From an uncultured Flavobacteriales bacterium (GTDB lineage Bacteria; Bacteroidota; Bacteroidia; Flavobacteriales; UBA7312), in the NCBI GenBank assembly GCA_964003875.1, contig CAXFLH010000003.1, forward strand, positions 1-41,097: a DNA stretch of 41,097 bases. Reading direction: 5' to 3'. Positions 18,438 to 26,266 of the stretch are shown one piece after another. The translations under genes and the position numbers were made by a program. Every line of letters begins with the position of its first letter. Positions within the stretch are counted from its first letter, which is position 1. The notes beneath the pieces were generated by a model. The model worked only from the letters and a program-made list of their open reading frames with translations, was not told the origin of the DNA and made no database searches.

Positions 18438-18460
18438 TTATTTAAAATTAGTCTAAATAA
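18438..18460. promoter_or_regulatory. Putative Fur box
   Basis: TTATTTAAAATTAGTCTAAATAA has TTATTTA/TAAATAA arms and is two mismatches from the recalled flavobacterial TTATTTAGAATnATTCTAAATAA palindrome. It lies just upstream of the -7 element TATCTTTG (18473-18480). Confidence 0.6.
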
Positions 18461-18510
18461 AAATAATGTATTTATCTTTGCTAAAAATTAAATACAAAAA
18501 ACTCAAAATA

Positions 18511-19641
18511 ATGAGATTAAAATCACACATATTAATTGCTTTAAGCTTTCTAGCAATACCTTTATTACAGGCTCAAAATACAGCTGAGAATATATTAGGT
18601 GGTAAAGAAGGTTTGATTATTGGAGGTTATGGTCAAATTGATGGAAACTTCAATTTAGACGATGACAACAAAATGAATTCTAATGGTAAACTTGATGTTC
18701 ACCGTTTGGTAACCTTTTTAGGTTATAAGTTTAATGACAAAGCTACTTTTGTTTCGGAATTAGAGTACGAACACGTTGTAGAGCTTTATGTTGAACAAGC
18801 CTTTTTAGACTATAAAATAAAGGACAATATGAGTCTTCAAGCTGGTTTGATGCTTATTCCTATGGGGATTCAAAATTTATATCACGAGCCTCCAACATTC
18901 AATGGTGTTGAACGTACTAACGTAGACAAATATATTGTTCCTACGACTTGGAGAGAAATTGGCGTTGGAATTAATGGTCGCTTAGATGAGCAATCCATTA
19001 ACTATCAGTTGATGATGGTCAATGGTCCATTAGGATACGACAATGGTTCAGCTAATTTTAGTGGTAAAAAAGGTCTTAGAGGTGGTCGTCAGAAAGGTGC
19101 AGAAGCGACTGTTTCGGACTTTGACTTTGCAGGTAGATTATCTTACTTCGGTATGTTAGGTTGGAACTTTGGAGCATCTTTTTATAAGGGTAATTCTGAA
19201 ACTTCTGATTTTGAAGCAGATTCTACTCAAGTTGGCATAACTATGATGGGAGTTGATGCGAGATATAATAACGGTCCTTTCCAAGCTAGAGGTCAGTACA
19301 TTCTTGCCAATTTAGAAAATACGGCTGAGTATAACGCTAAGACTGGTGCTGATGTGGGCTCAAAATTATTAGGTTATTACTTAGAAGCTGGATACAATGT
19401 TTTAGATGGTAAATCTGAAAATGAGCTAATTGTATTCGGACGTTATGAGAATTATAATACACACGAAGAAACAGATGGTTTTGACGCTAATGCTGCTTAC
19501 GATAGAATTGACAAGACAGTAGGTCTGACTTACAAGTTAAATCAAGGTGCTGCTTTTAAAGCGGACTATCAGTTAAAAAGTACTGAGGCATCATCTGAAG
19601 AAACAAAACACCTTAACCTTGGCGTTGCCGTTTGGTTCTAA
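18511..19641 (+). CDS. Outer-membrane porin (OprO/P-like, iron-regulated type)
   Basis: Signal peptide from MRLKSH, IGGYGQ, ELEYEH, VEQAFL, HEPPTF, IVPTTWRE and C-terminal GVAVWF. Confidence 0.8.
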   Translation: MRLKSHILIALSFLAIPLLQAQNTAENILGGKEGLIIGGYGQIDGNFNLDDDNKMNSNGKLDVHRLVTFLGYKFNDKATFVSELEYEHVVELYVEQAFLDYKIKDNMSLQAGLMLIPMGIQNLYHEPPTFNGVERTNVDKYIVPTTWREIGVGINGRLDEQSINYQLMMVNGPLGYDNGSANFSGKKGLRGGRQKGAEATVSDFDFAGRLSYFGMLGWNFGASFYKGNSETSDFEADSTQVGITMMGVDARYNNGPFQARGQYILANLENTAEYNAKTGADVGSKLLGYYLEAGYNVLDGKSENELIVFGRYENYNTHEETDGFDANAAYDRIDKTVGLTYKLNQGAAFKADYQLKSTEASSEETKHLNLGVAVWF

Positions 19642-19675
19642 TTTTAGAAAATTGGTTAGTAAAATTTATAATCAA

Positions 19676-20179
19676 ATGCTTATCAAAAGAGTTGTACCTA
19701 CCATACTGGTGGGTATACTCTTTTTAGTACTTTGTGCTAATAAGGCATATGCTCAGTGGGTGCCATCAGACAAGATGTTGTCCAAAGCAGAGCTTAGTGT
19801 TCAGAAGCAGTTTAATATTGATTATTCCAAATCAGCTATCGATTTGAACCCTAATTATTATGAGTTAACTACAAACGATAGCATCATTGGTTATATGTGT
19901 TTACAACAAGCGCCTAGTAAGCACGATATGTTTGATTTTTTAGCCATTTACTCTAGTGAAATGAACTTGCTTAAGCTTCAAATTTTGGCATATAGAGAAA
20001 ATTATGGTGGTGAAATTGCCAATAAGCGATGGCTAAAACAGTTTTTGACACGCCCTACAGAAAAAGTCCAAGCCATTTCTGGAGCAACTATTTCTGTAGA
20101 ATCTATGAAAATGGTCGTATCTTCGCTGAACCAAAAAATGAAAAATTGGCATCAAGTACACCACATAACAAGCAAGTAA
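19676..20179 (+). CDS. Exported FMN-binding domain protein (RnfG/NqrC-like flavinylation substrate)
   Basis: Signal peptide, ILAYRENYGGEI, WLKQF and AISGATIS (SGAT flavinylation motif). Confidence 0.85.
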   Translation: MLIKRVVPTILVGILFLVLCANKAYAQWVPSDKMLSKAELSVQKQFNIDYSKSAIDLNPNYYELTTNDSIIGYMCLQQAPSKHDMFDFLAIYSSEMNLLKLQILAYRENYGGEIANKRWLKQFLTRPTEKVQAISGATISVESMKMVVSSLNQKMKNWHQVHHITSK

Positions 20180-20667
20180 TGGATTTCAAACTTCAGCAAT
20201 TACCCAAAGCCCTCAGAATATCTTTATCTGTTTTTTTGCTGACGCTTTCTTTTGGTTACTTTTCGGGTTTAGATTTATTAAAGCATACTACAGATTTCAA
20301 ATCTAAGGGCATACAAGAAAATGTACTTGGAAACGAATTTAACGAAGAAGCAGAGGAGTTGCATTTTAAGATGTCTGAAAGAGAATTACACGGTATAATT
20401 CATAGTCATGTAATAACTATTTCTATACTATTTGCTATTTTATCTTTTATGGTATTTTTTACTAGTTTACCTAGTGGACTTAAGTCCTTTTTAATGATAG
20501 AGCCTAACATTTCTTTAGTTGTTACCTTTGGTGGTTTGTGGCTACTTTGGTTAGGGCATACATGGGTTAAGTATGTAATAATGATATCAGGTATTTTGAT
20601 GCATTTGTCCTTAATACTGCTGGTTGTAACGCTGTTATGGCAATTACATTTGAAAAAAGACAATTAA
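20179..20667 (+). CDS. Hypothetical four-TM membrane protein
   Basis: ATG overlaps the upstream TAA (TAATG); hydrophobic helices; His residues in LHGIIHSH and LMH. Confidence 0.75.
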   Translation: MDFKLQQLPKALRISLSVFLLTLSFGYFSGLDLLKHTTDFKSKGIQENVLGNEFNEEAEELHFKMSERELHGIIHSHVITISILFAILSFMVFFTSLPSGLKSFLMIEPNISLVVTFGGLWLLWLGHTWVKYVIMISGILMHLSLILLVVTLLWQLHLKKDN

Positions 20668-21107
20668 ACTTTGGCTTCTTTCCAATATTTGAAAGGAACA
20701 ATCAACATTCCAAAACAAGACCCATCTTCTTTTACTAGACTTTTATGATGCACTTTATGTGCTTTTCGTATAGCTTTAAAATAAGGTATGCGTGTGCGCT
20801 TGAATAGCTTTATGCGTTGATGAATGAAGACTTCATGAACTATAAAGTAGGCAAAGCCATAGAGCGTAATTCCAATTCCAACATAAAGAAGGGTAGAACC
20901 TATAATCATAAAGGCAGCGCCAGGAATAGCAAAAATTAGAAAGAAAGCATCGTTGTTTTCTAGGATTCTATCTTTATTGACTTGGTGATGGTCTTTGTGT
21001 AATTTCCATAAAAATCCGTGCATAACATATTTATGCGTTGCCCAAGCGATGAATTCCATTAGCCAAAATGTGACAATAACGATGGATATATTTAAGATTA
21101 AGCTCAT
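20664..21107 (-). CDS. crtZ: Beta-carotene hydroxylase
   Basis: His boxes HKYVMHG, HKDHH, HEVFIHQR and HKVHH. Confidence 0.95.
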   Translation of the reverse strand: MSLILNISIVIVTFWLMEFIAWATHKYVMHGFLWKLHKDHHQVNKDRILENNDAFFLIFAIPGAAFMIIGSTLLYVGIGITLYGFAYFIVHEVFIHQRIKLFKRTRIPYFKAIRKAHKVHHKSLVKEDGSCFGMLIVPFKYWKEAKV

Positions 21108-21116
21108 GAATTGAAA

Positions 21117-21659
21117 TTAAGCAATTAAAACTTCTTTTTTTACGGTTGATTTTATTTTCAAAACTCTGTCAACACAGATTTTAAACCATGGTGTAAAAGT
21201 ATGAGGATTTTCGTTGATTTCCTGTATTAAATCGTTCGAATTTATATATCTATAATCTCCAACTTCAGATGGGTTAGGCTTAGGTTTTTCATCAGAGAAA
21301 CCGATATAAACATGATCTAGTTCATTTTCAATAAGTCCATTGTCAAACGAAGCACGATACAAGAAATTAAAAGCAAAAAACACATCACATTCTATTCCCA
21401 TTTCTTCTTTGAGTCGTCTTTCTGCAGCACGTTTTACTATTTCATTACCTCTAGGGTGACTACATGCTGTATTGCTCCACAGACCCGGTGTATGGTATTT
21501 GTGAAAAGCACGTTGTTGGAGTAACATTTCTCCTTTACTATTAAAAACAAAAATAGATATAGCTCGATGTAAAAGCCCTTTTTGATGTGCTTCTAATTTA
21601 CCTATTTTACCAATAGGGTTGTCATTTTTATCTACCAGTATAACTTGTTCTTCCATCAT
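21117..21659 (-). CDS. idi: Isopentenyl-diphosphate delta-isomerase type 1
   Basis: LHRAISIF, WSNTACSHP, ENELDHV and FTPWF. Confidence 0.96.
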   Translation of the reverse strand: MMEEQVILVDKNDNPIGKIGKLEAHQKGLLHRAISIFVFNSKGEMLLQQRAFHKYHTPGLWSNTACSHPRGNEIVKRAAERRLKEEMGIECDVFFAFNFLYRASFDNGLIENELDHVYIGFSDEKPKPNPSEVGDYRYINSNDLIQEINENPHTFTPWFKICVDRVLKIKSTVKKEVLIA

Positions 21660-22119
21660 TTAATGTTTTGAAAATTGGTATTATAAATTGTTGAAGTTCT
21701 TCTGAAGTTGTATAAATATTATTATTAATAAATTGACTATCCTCTTCCATATTTAGTTTGTAATCTAAAATAGCAGGAGTGCCGTCTTGTACACAAAATC
21801 GTAAAAATCTTAGTTCAATATCTTTAGGGTATTGACTAATCACCTTCTCTAATTGTTCTTTACCTTCTCCAAATGACTTGAGTTTATCAATAGGATTTAT
21901 AGCAAATTTACTCTGAAGTAAAATAGCGATAGCGTGGTATGTAAACTTCTTATAGCCACTTTCAATTGAGCTATTTTTTGTCAGTTCATACAGTTCGTTA
22001 GCCTTATCTTCTTCAAATGAGGCTTCTATGTACAATTCTCTAAGCTCCGAAAGATTAAGTTCTTGTGCTTGGATATTAGCTAAAGAGAGCAATAAGGATA
22101 TGATAATCCAAAATTTCAT
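21628..22119 (-). CDS. Exported hypothetical helical protein within the crt operon
   Basis: Signal peptide, KLKSFGEGKEQLE and ELRFLRFCVQ; overlaps crtB and idi. Confidence 0.75.
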   Translation of the reverse strand: MKFWIIISLLLSLANIQAQELNLSELRELYIEASFEEDKANELYELTKNSSIESGYKKFTYHAIAILLQSKFAINPIDKLKSFGEGKEQLEKVISQYPKDIELRFLRFCVQDGTPAILDYKLNMEEDSQFINNNIYTTSEELQQFIIPIFKTLNDGRTSYTGR

Positions 22120-22955
22120 ATCAAGTTAAATTGATTTTTGACCATAGATTGTAGCATCAAACTGATTTTATTAGAATTAGGAATTCTGATACGCTCTTGT
22201 AAAATTCTTGAAGATGGTAAGGATTTAATCTTGCGGAATAAATTATAATAATAGATATAAGCCAAATAGACTCCACCTCTAGAACTCAATGGTAGTTTTT
22301 TTATTCCAACAAGAGCATCTGCAAAATCAATTTCTATATCTTCTTCTATTTTTTGTTTATCTTCTTCTGAGAAGTTTACCATATTAACTCCTGGAAAATA
22401 GGTTCTCCCTAAATAGGAGAAGTCGCTGTTAGCATCTCTAAGAAAATTAACTTTTTGGAAAGCCGAACCTAAACTCATAGCACTAGGTTTAAGAGCTTCA
22501 TATTGTTCTTCTTTACCCTCAACAAAGACTTTTAAGCACATCAGACCAACTACTTCTGCTGAACCTAAAATATATTTATTGTATTTGTCGGTATCATAGG
22601 TTTGCAATTCATCCAAATCCATTTCCATACTATCTAAGAAAGTATTGATAAGTTCCCATTCAATATTGTAATCATGTACTACTTTTTGGAAACTATTTAA
22701 GATAGGGTTCAAGCTAATTTTAGATTTAATAGCGTCTATAGTATCTTGCTTGAATTTGTGAAACAAACGGTGTTTGTCATAATCGTGAAAGGTATCCACT
22801 ATTTCATCAGCAAATCGGACAAAGCCATAGATGCCATAAATAGGGGCGTGTAATCTTTTATCTAAGGCTTTGATGCCAAAGCTAAAACTTGTACTGTAGG
22901 CTATAGTTGTCAGCTTACTGCATTTGTCAGAGACATTGTCAAAAATATACTTCAT
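22116..22955 (-). CDS. crtB: Phytoene synthase
   Basis: YSTSFS, RFADEIVD, SAEVVGLMC and FQKVNFLRD. Confidence 0.97.
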   Translation of the reverse strand: MKYIFDNVSDKCSKLTTIAYSTSFSFGIKALDKRLHAPIYGIYGFVRFADEIVDTFHDYDKHRLFHKFKQDTIDAIKSKISLNPILNSFQKVVHDYNIEWELINTFLDSMEMDLDELQTYDTDKYNKYILGSAEVVGLMCLKVFVEGKEEQYEALKPSAMSLGSAFQKVNFLRDANSDFSYLGRTYFPGVNMVNFSEEDKQKIEEDIEIDFADALVGIKKLPLSSRGGVYLAYIYYYNLFRKIKSLPSSRILQERIRIPNSNKISLMLQSMVKNQFNLI

Positions 22956-22957
22956 AA

Positions 22958-24430
22958 TTAGATTAGGTTAGATTCTACAATGTGTTTTGCAACGACTTGC
23001 CCGGAAATAATAGAAGGGGGCACGCCAGGTCCGGGTACTGTCAGTTGACCTGTGTAGAATAGGTTATTTATTTTCTTATTAATAATTTTAGGTTTAAAAT
23101 TTGCAGTTTGAAGAAGTGTGTTTGCTAATCCGTAAGCATTGCCTTTGTAAGCGTTGTAGTCGTTTACGAAATCCTTAACACAATAACTTTTTTTATACTC
23201 AATATAATCTCTAATAGTCTGTCCTGTAAAGTTTTCAAGACGCTTAAGCATTATGTCAAAGTATTTTTCTCTAACACTTTCACTGTCTTTAAGTCCTGGT
23301 GCGATAGGCATCAAAAAGAAGATATTTTCTTTACCTTTTGGAGCTACACTTGGATCTGTTTTTGAAGGGCAACAAACATAAAATAGAGGTTTGTTGGGCC
23401 ACTGAGGATCAGTATAAATTTCATTGGTGTGTTGTTCAATATCTTCATCAAAAAATAAATTGTGATGAATAAGTTTATTGAGTTTTTTATTTACACCAAC
23501 ATAAAACAATAGGCTAGAAGGAGAGAAGGTTCTTTTTTGCCAGTAGCTATCATTGTAGTTTCTGTATTTAGGTGGTATTAATTTGCTGTCAACGTGGTTG
23601 TAGTCTGCTGAACCTACAACTATATCCGTTTCAAATATTCTTTTGTCTGTTACGATTGATTGGATAGTTTTATCTTCAATATTAACGGATTGTACAGCTT
23701 CGTTAGTATGAAATTCAACGCCTTGATCTGAACAAATTTCTTTGAAAGCATCAATGACTTTTCCAAAACCTCCCATTGGGTAGAAAGTACCTTTTTTAAT
23801 GCCTGAATAGGTCATTAGACTATATAATGCTGGAGTTTGGCTCGGTGCAGTTCCTAAGAATAGTACAGGAAACTCTAACAAAGATTTTAGATATGGGTTT
23901 TTAAAATACTTAGCTACATGCTTTCTGTAAGAAGTGAATACTTGTAGCTTAAAGACATTAGCAAAAAGCTCAGGCTTGCACACCTCTGATAGAGATAAGC
24001 CGGGTTCGTAAACCAATTGGTTGATGCCGAAGTCATATTTAAATTCGGCTTCTTTCATAAATTCTTCTAACTTTTTAGATGAACCTTTTTCAAAATGCTC
24101 GAACATTTCACAAACTTCTGACCATTCAGATGATAGTTTCATAGTTTTGTCTTGTTCGAAGATGATTTGAAAACCAGGATCTAATTGAATGAGCTCAAAG
24201 TAGTCACTTGCTTTTTTGCCAAATTGAGCAAAAAATTTATCGAATACATCTGCCATCCAATACCAACTTGGCCCCATATCAAATGTATAGCCTTCAGATT
24301 CAAATTGTCTAGCACGACCACCGATACTTGCGTTTTTTTCAAAGACACTAACTTGATGCCCTTCTTTAGCAAGAAAAGCAGCAGCGCTTAAGCCTGAAAA
24401 TCCACTTCCTATGACTGAAATTTTGCTCAT
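22958..24430 (-). CDS. crtI: Phytoene desaturase
   Basis: GSGFSG FAD motif, FDMGPSWY and GQLTVPGPGVPPSIISG. Confidence 0.95.
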   Translation of the reverse strand: MSKISVIGSGFSGLSAAAFLAKEGHQVSVFEKNASIGGRARQFESEGYTFDMGPSWYWMADVFDKFFAQFGKKASDYFELIQLDPGFQIIFEQDKTMKLSSEWSEVCEMFEHFEKGSSKKLEEFMKEAEFKYDFGINQLVYEPGLSLSEVCKPELFANVFKLQVFTSYRKHVAKYFKNPYLKSLLEFPVLFLGTAPSQTPALYSLMTYSGIKKGTFYPMGGFGKVIDAFKEICSDQGVEFHTNEAVQSVNIEDKTIQSIVTDKRIFETDIVVGSADYNHVDSKLIPPKYRNYNDSYWQKRTFSPSSLLFYVGVNKKLNKLIHHNLFFDEDIEQHTNEIYTDPQWPNKPLFYVCCPSKTDPSVAPKGKENIFFLMPIAPGLKDSESVREKYFDIMLKRLENFTGQTIRDYIEYKKSYCVKDFVNDYNAYKGNAYGLANTLLQTANFKPKIINKKINNLFYTGQLTVPGPGVPPSIISGQVVAKHIVESNLI

Positions 24431-24438
24431 TTGTAGTC

Positions 24439-25131
24439 CTATGATTTTACGAATTCATAAAATTCATTTCTTGTTTTATTGGACTTAATGAATTCTCCAG
24501 TTAATTTGGAGGTTTTCATAGATGTTCCTTGATGTCCTACACCTCTACATTGTACGCAATTGTGTGAGGCCTCAATCATGACTGCTACACCTTTATTATT
24601 TTCAACAATTTTGTTTATTGCATCGTGAATTCGAACGGTGAGATTTTCTTGAATAGCACCTCTACGAGCATAATGTTCAACAATTCTATTAAGCTTACTT
24701 AAGCCAATAATCTCTTGGTTAATTTGAGGAATATATGCTATGTGTGCTTTACCCATAATGGTTTGATGGTGGTGTGAACACATAGATATAATAGGAATAT
24801 TACCCTCAAATATGATACCGTCATATTCGTAATTAGGAAAAGTTGTAATTTTAGGAAAAGCATTGTAACGCCCTGCCCACAAGTCATTGACATATGCCTT
24901 AGCAACTCGTTTTGGAGTTTCCATGGAGTTGGGGTCGTTTTTCCAATCGCAACCCAAAGCGTCTAAAAACTCGCCAAACTTAACGGCAGCTTTATCAATC
25001 ATTTCAAGCTTTTCCTCTTCGCTCAAGGCACCATTGATATTTACTCCATCTGCATAACCTATATTTCTAAGTTCTGGGTTTAACTCAATGATTTGAGCTG
25101 ATGAGCCATTTATAAATTTGTTATTATCCAT
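24439..25131 (-). CDS. folE: GTP cyclohydrolase I
   Basis: TPKRVAK, SMCSHH, GLSKLNR, IQE and HNCVQCRG. Confidence 0.93.
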   Translation of the reverse strand: MDNNKFINGSSAQIIELNPELRNIGYADGVNINGALSEEEKLEMIDKAAVKFGEFLDALGCDWKNDPNSMETPKRVAKAYVNDLWAGRYNAFPKITTFPNYEYDGIIFEGNIPIISMCSHHHQTIMGKAHIAYIPQINQEIIGLSKLNRIVEHYARRGAIQENLTVRIHDAINKIVENNKGVAVMIEASHNCVQCRGVGHQGTSMKTSKLTGEFIKSNKTRNEFYEFVKS

Positions 25132-25540
25132 AATATTCTACATAGTTATTTTCTGTTTCATACAATTTTACGCTGTATAGATTGTTGCCTGTAGCTTGTA
25201 TATCACTTTCTAATTCTTCATAAATCTTTATGGCGATATTTTCAGCAGTAGTTATAGTATCTTTCATAAAATCAACTTCAAGGTTTAAGTTTTTGTGGTC
25301 CATTTTTTCAACTATTCTGTTTTTGATAATATCGCTCAATATTTTTAAGTCTATAACATAGCCTGTATCGGGGTCAACAGTTCCTTCAACAGTTACAAAT
25401 AAGTTATAGTTATGTCCGTGCCAATTTTTATTAGCACACTTTCCAAATATTTGCTCATTTTTTTCGTCAGACCAGTTTGGATTGAACAAACGATGGGCAG
25501 CATTGAATCTTTCTCTACGGATAACTTGTACGGTTTTCAT
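25124..25540 (-). CDS. 6-pyruvoyl-tetrahydropterin synthase family (C-X5-HGH type)
   Basis: FNAAHRL, GKCANKNWHGHNY, DHKNLN, TTAENI and ETENN; start taken at MKTVQV. Confidence 0.9.
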   Translation of the reverse strand: MKTVQVIRRERFNAAHRLFNPNWSDEKNEQIFGKCANKNWHGHNYNLFVTVEGTVDPDTGYVIDLKILSDIIKNRIVEKMDHKNLNLEVDFMKDTITTAENIAIKIYEELESDIQATGNNLYSVKLYETENNYVEYYG

Positions 25541-25541
25541 T

Positions 25542-25573
25542 TTGTATAAACTTACGAGGCTAAAATTATACAA
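25542..25573. promoter_or_regulatory. Operator copy 1, TTGTATAA-N16-TTATACAA
   Basis: Arms at 25542-25549 and 25566-25573 between the divergent PTPS and SDR genes; TAGCTTTG -7 element at 25581-25588. Confidence 0.8.
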
Positions 25574-25598
25574 AAATGCTTAGCTTTGCAAAAAAAAG

Positions 25599-26264
25599 AT
25601 GAAAATATTATTAATTGGTTCTTCCAGCGACATCGCTCGCTCTCTAGTAGAAAATACAAGTTCTGAGTTTGAATTTATCGAACTAACTTCAACACCAACC
25701 TTAGCCAATCAACACAAAATTGATATTCAAAATGAGGAAAGCTTCCTTCAAATTGATGGCGAAATCAATGGAATAGTCTATTTTCCTGGCTCAATAAACC
25801 TTAGACCTTTTTCAAGTTTGAAGCTGTCTGATTTTCAGACGGATTATGAAATTAATGTATTGGGTTTGATCAAAACAATGAAGCATTATCACAAACAATT
25901 AGCATCGGATTCATCGGTAGTTTTTATCAGTTCTGTTGCAGCCTCAGTTGGGATGCCTTATCATGCTTCTATTTCGATGTGTAAGTCTGCTATAGAAGGA
26001 CTTTGTCGTTCTCTTGCTGCCGAGTGGTCGCCTAAGGTCAGAGTTAATTGCATTGCACCATCTGTTGTACAAACTAAGTTGTCTTCTCGTTTGTTTAGAA
26101 CAGATGCTCAGGTTGAGCAAATGAATGCCCGTCACCCTCTACAAAAGGTCGGTCAGCCCAAAAATATATCGGACGCTATTTCATTCTTATTGTCTGATAA
26201 GTCTTCTTGGATTACCGGACAGACTTTGCATGTTGATGGTGGACTCTCTAGCTTAAAAAAATAA
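25599..26264 (+). CDS. SDR family oxidoreductase (atypical active site)
   Basis: IGSSSDIA, FISSVA, RVNCIAPS and WITGQTLHVDGG; YxxxK replaced by ISMCK. Confidence 0.9.
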   Translation: MKILLIGSSSDIARSLVENTSSEFEFIELTSTPTLANQHKIDIQNEESFLQIDGEINGIVYFPGSINLRPFSSLKLSDFQTDYEINVLGLIKTMKHYHKQLASDSSVVFISSVAASVGMPYHASISMCKSAIEGLCRSLAAEWSPKVRVNCIAPSVVQTKLSSRLFRTDAQVEQMNARHPLQKVGQPKNISDAISFLLSDKSSWITGQTLHVDGGLSSLKK

Positions 26265-26266
26265 AA

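Noticed and set aside
20029-20178. Apparent 150-nt overlap between the FMN-binding and membrane protein genes
   Set aside because: The ATG at 20179 overlapping the upstream stop is a better start.
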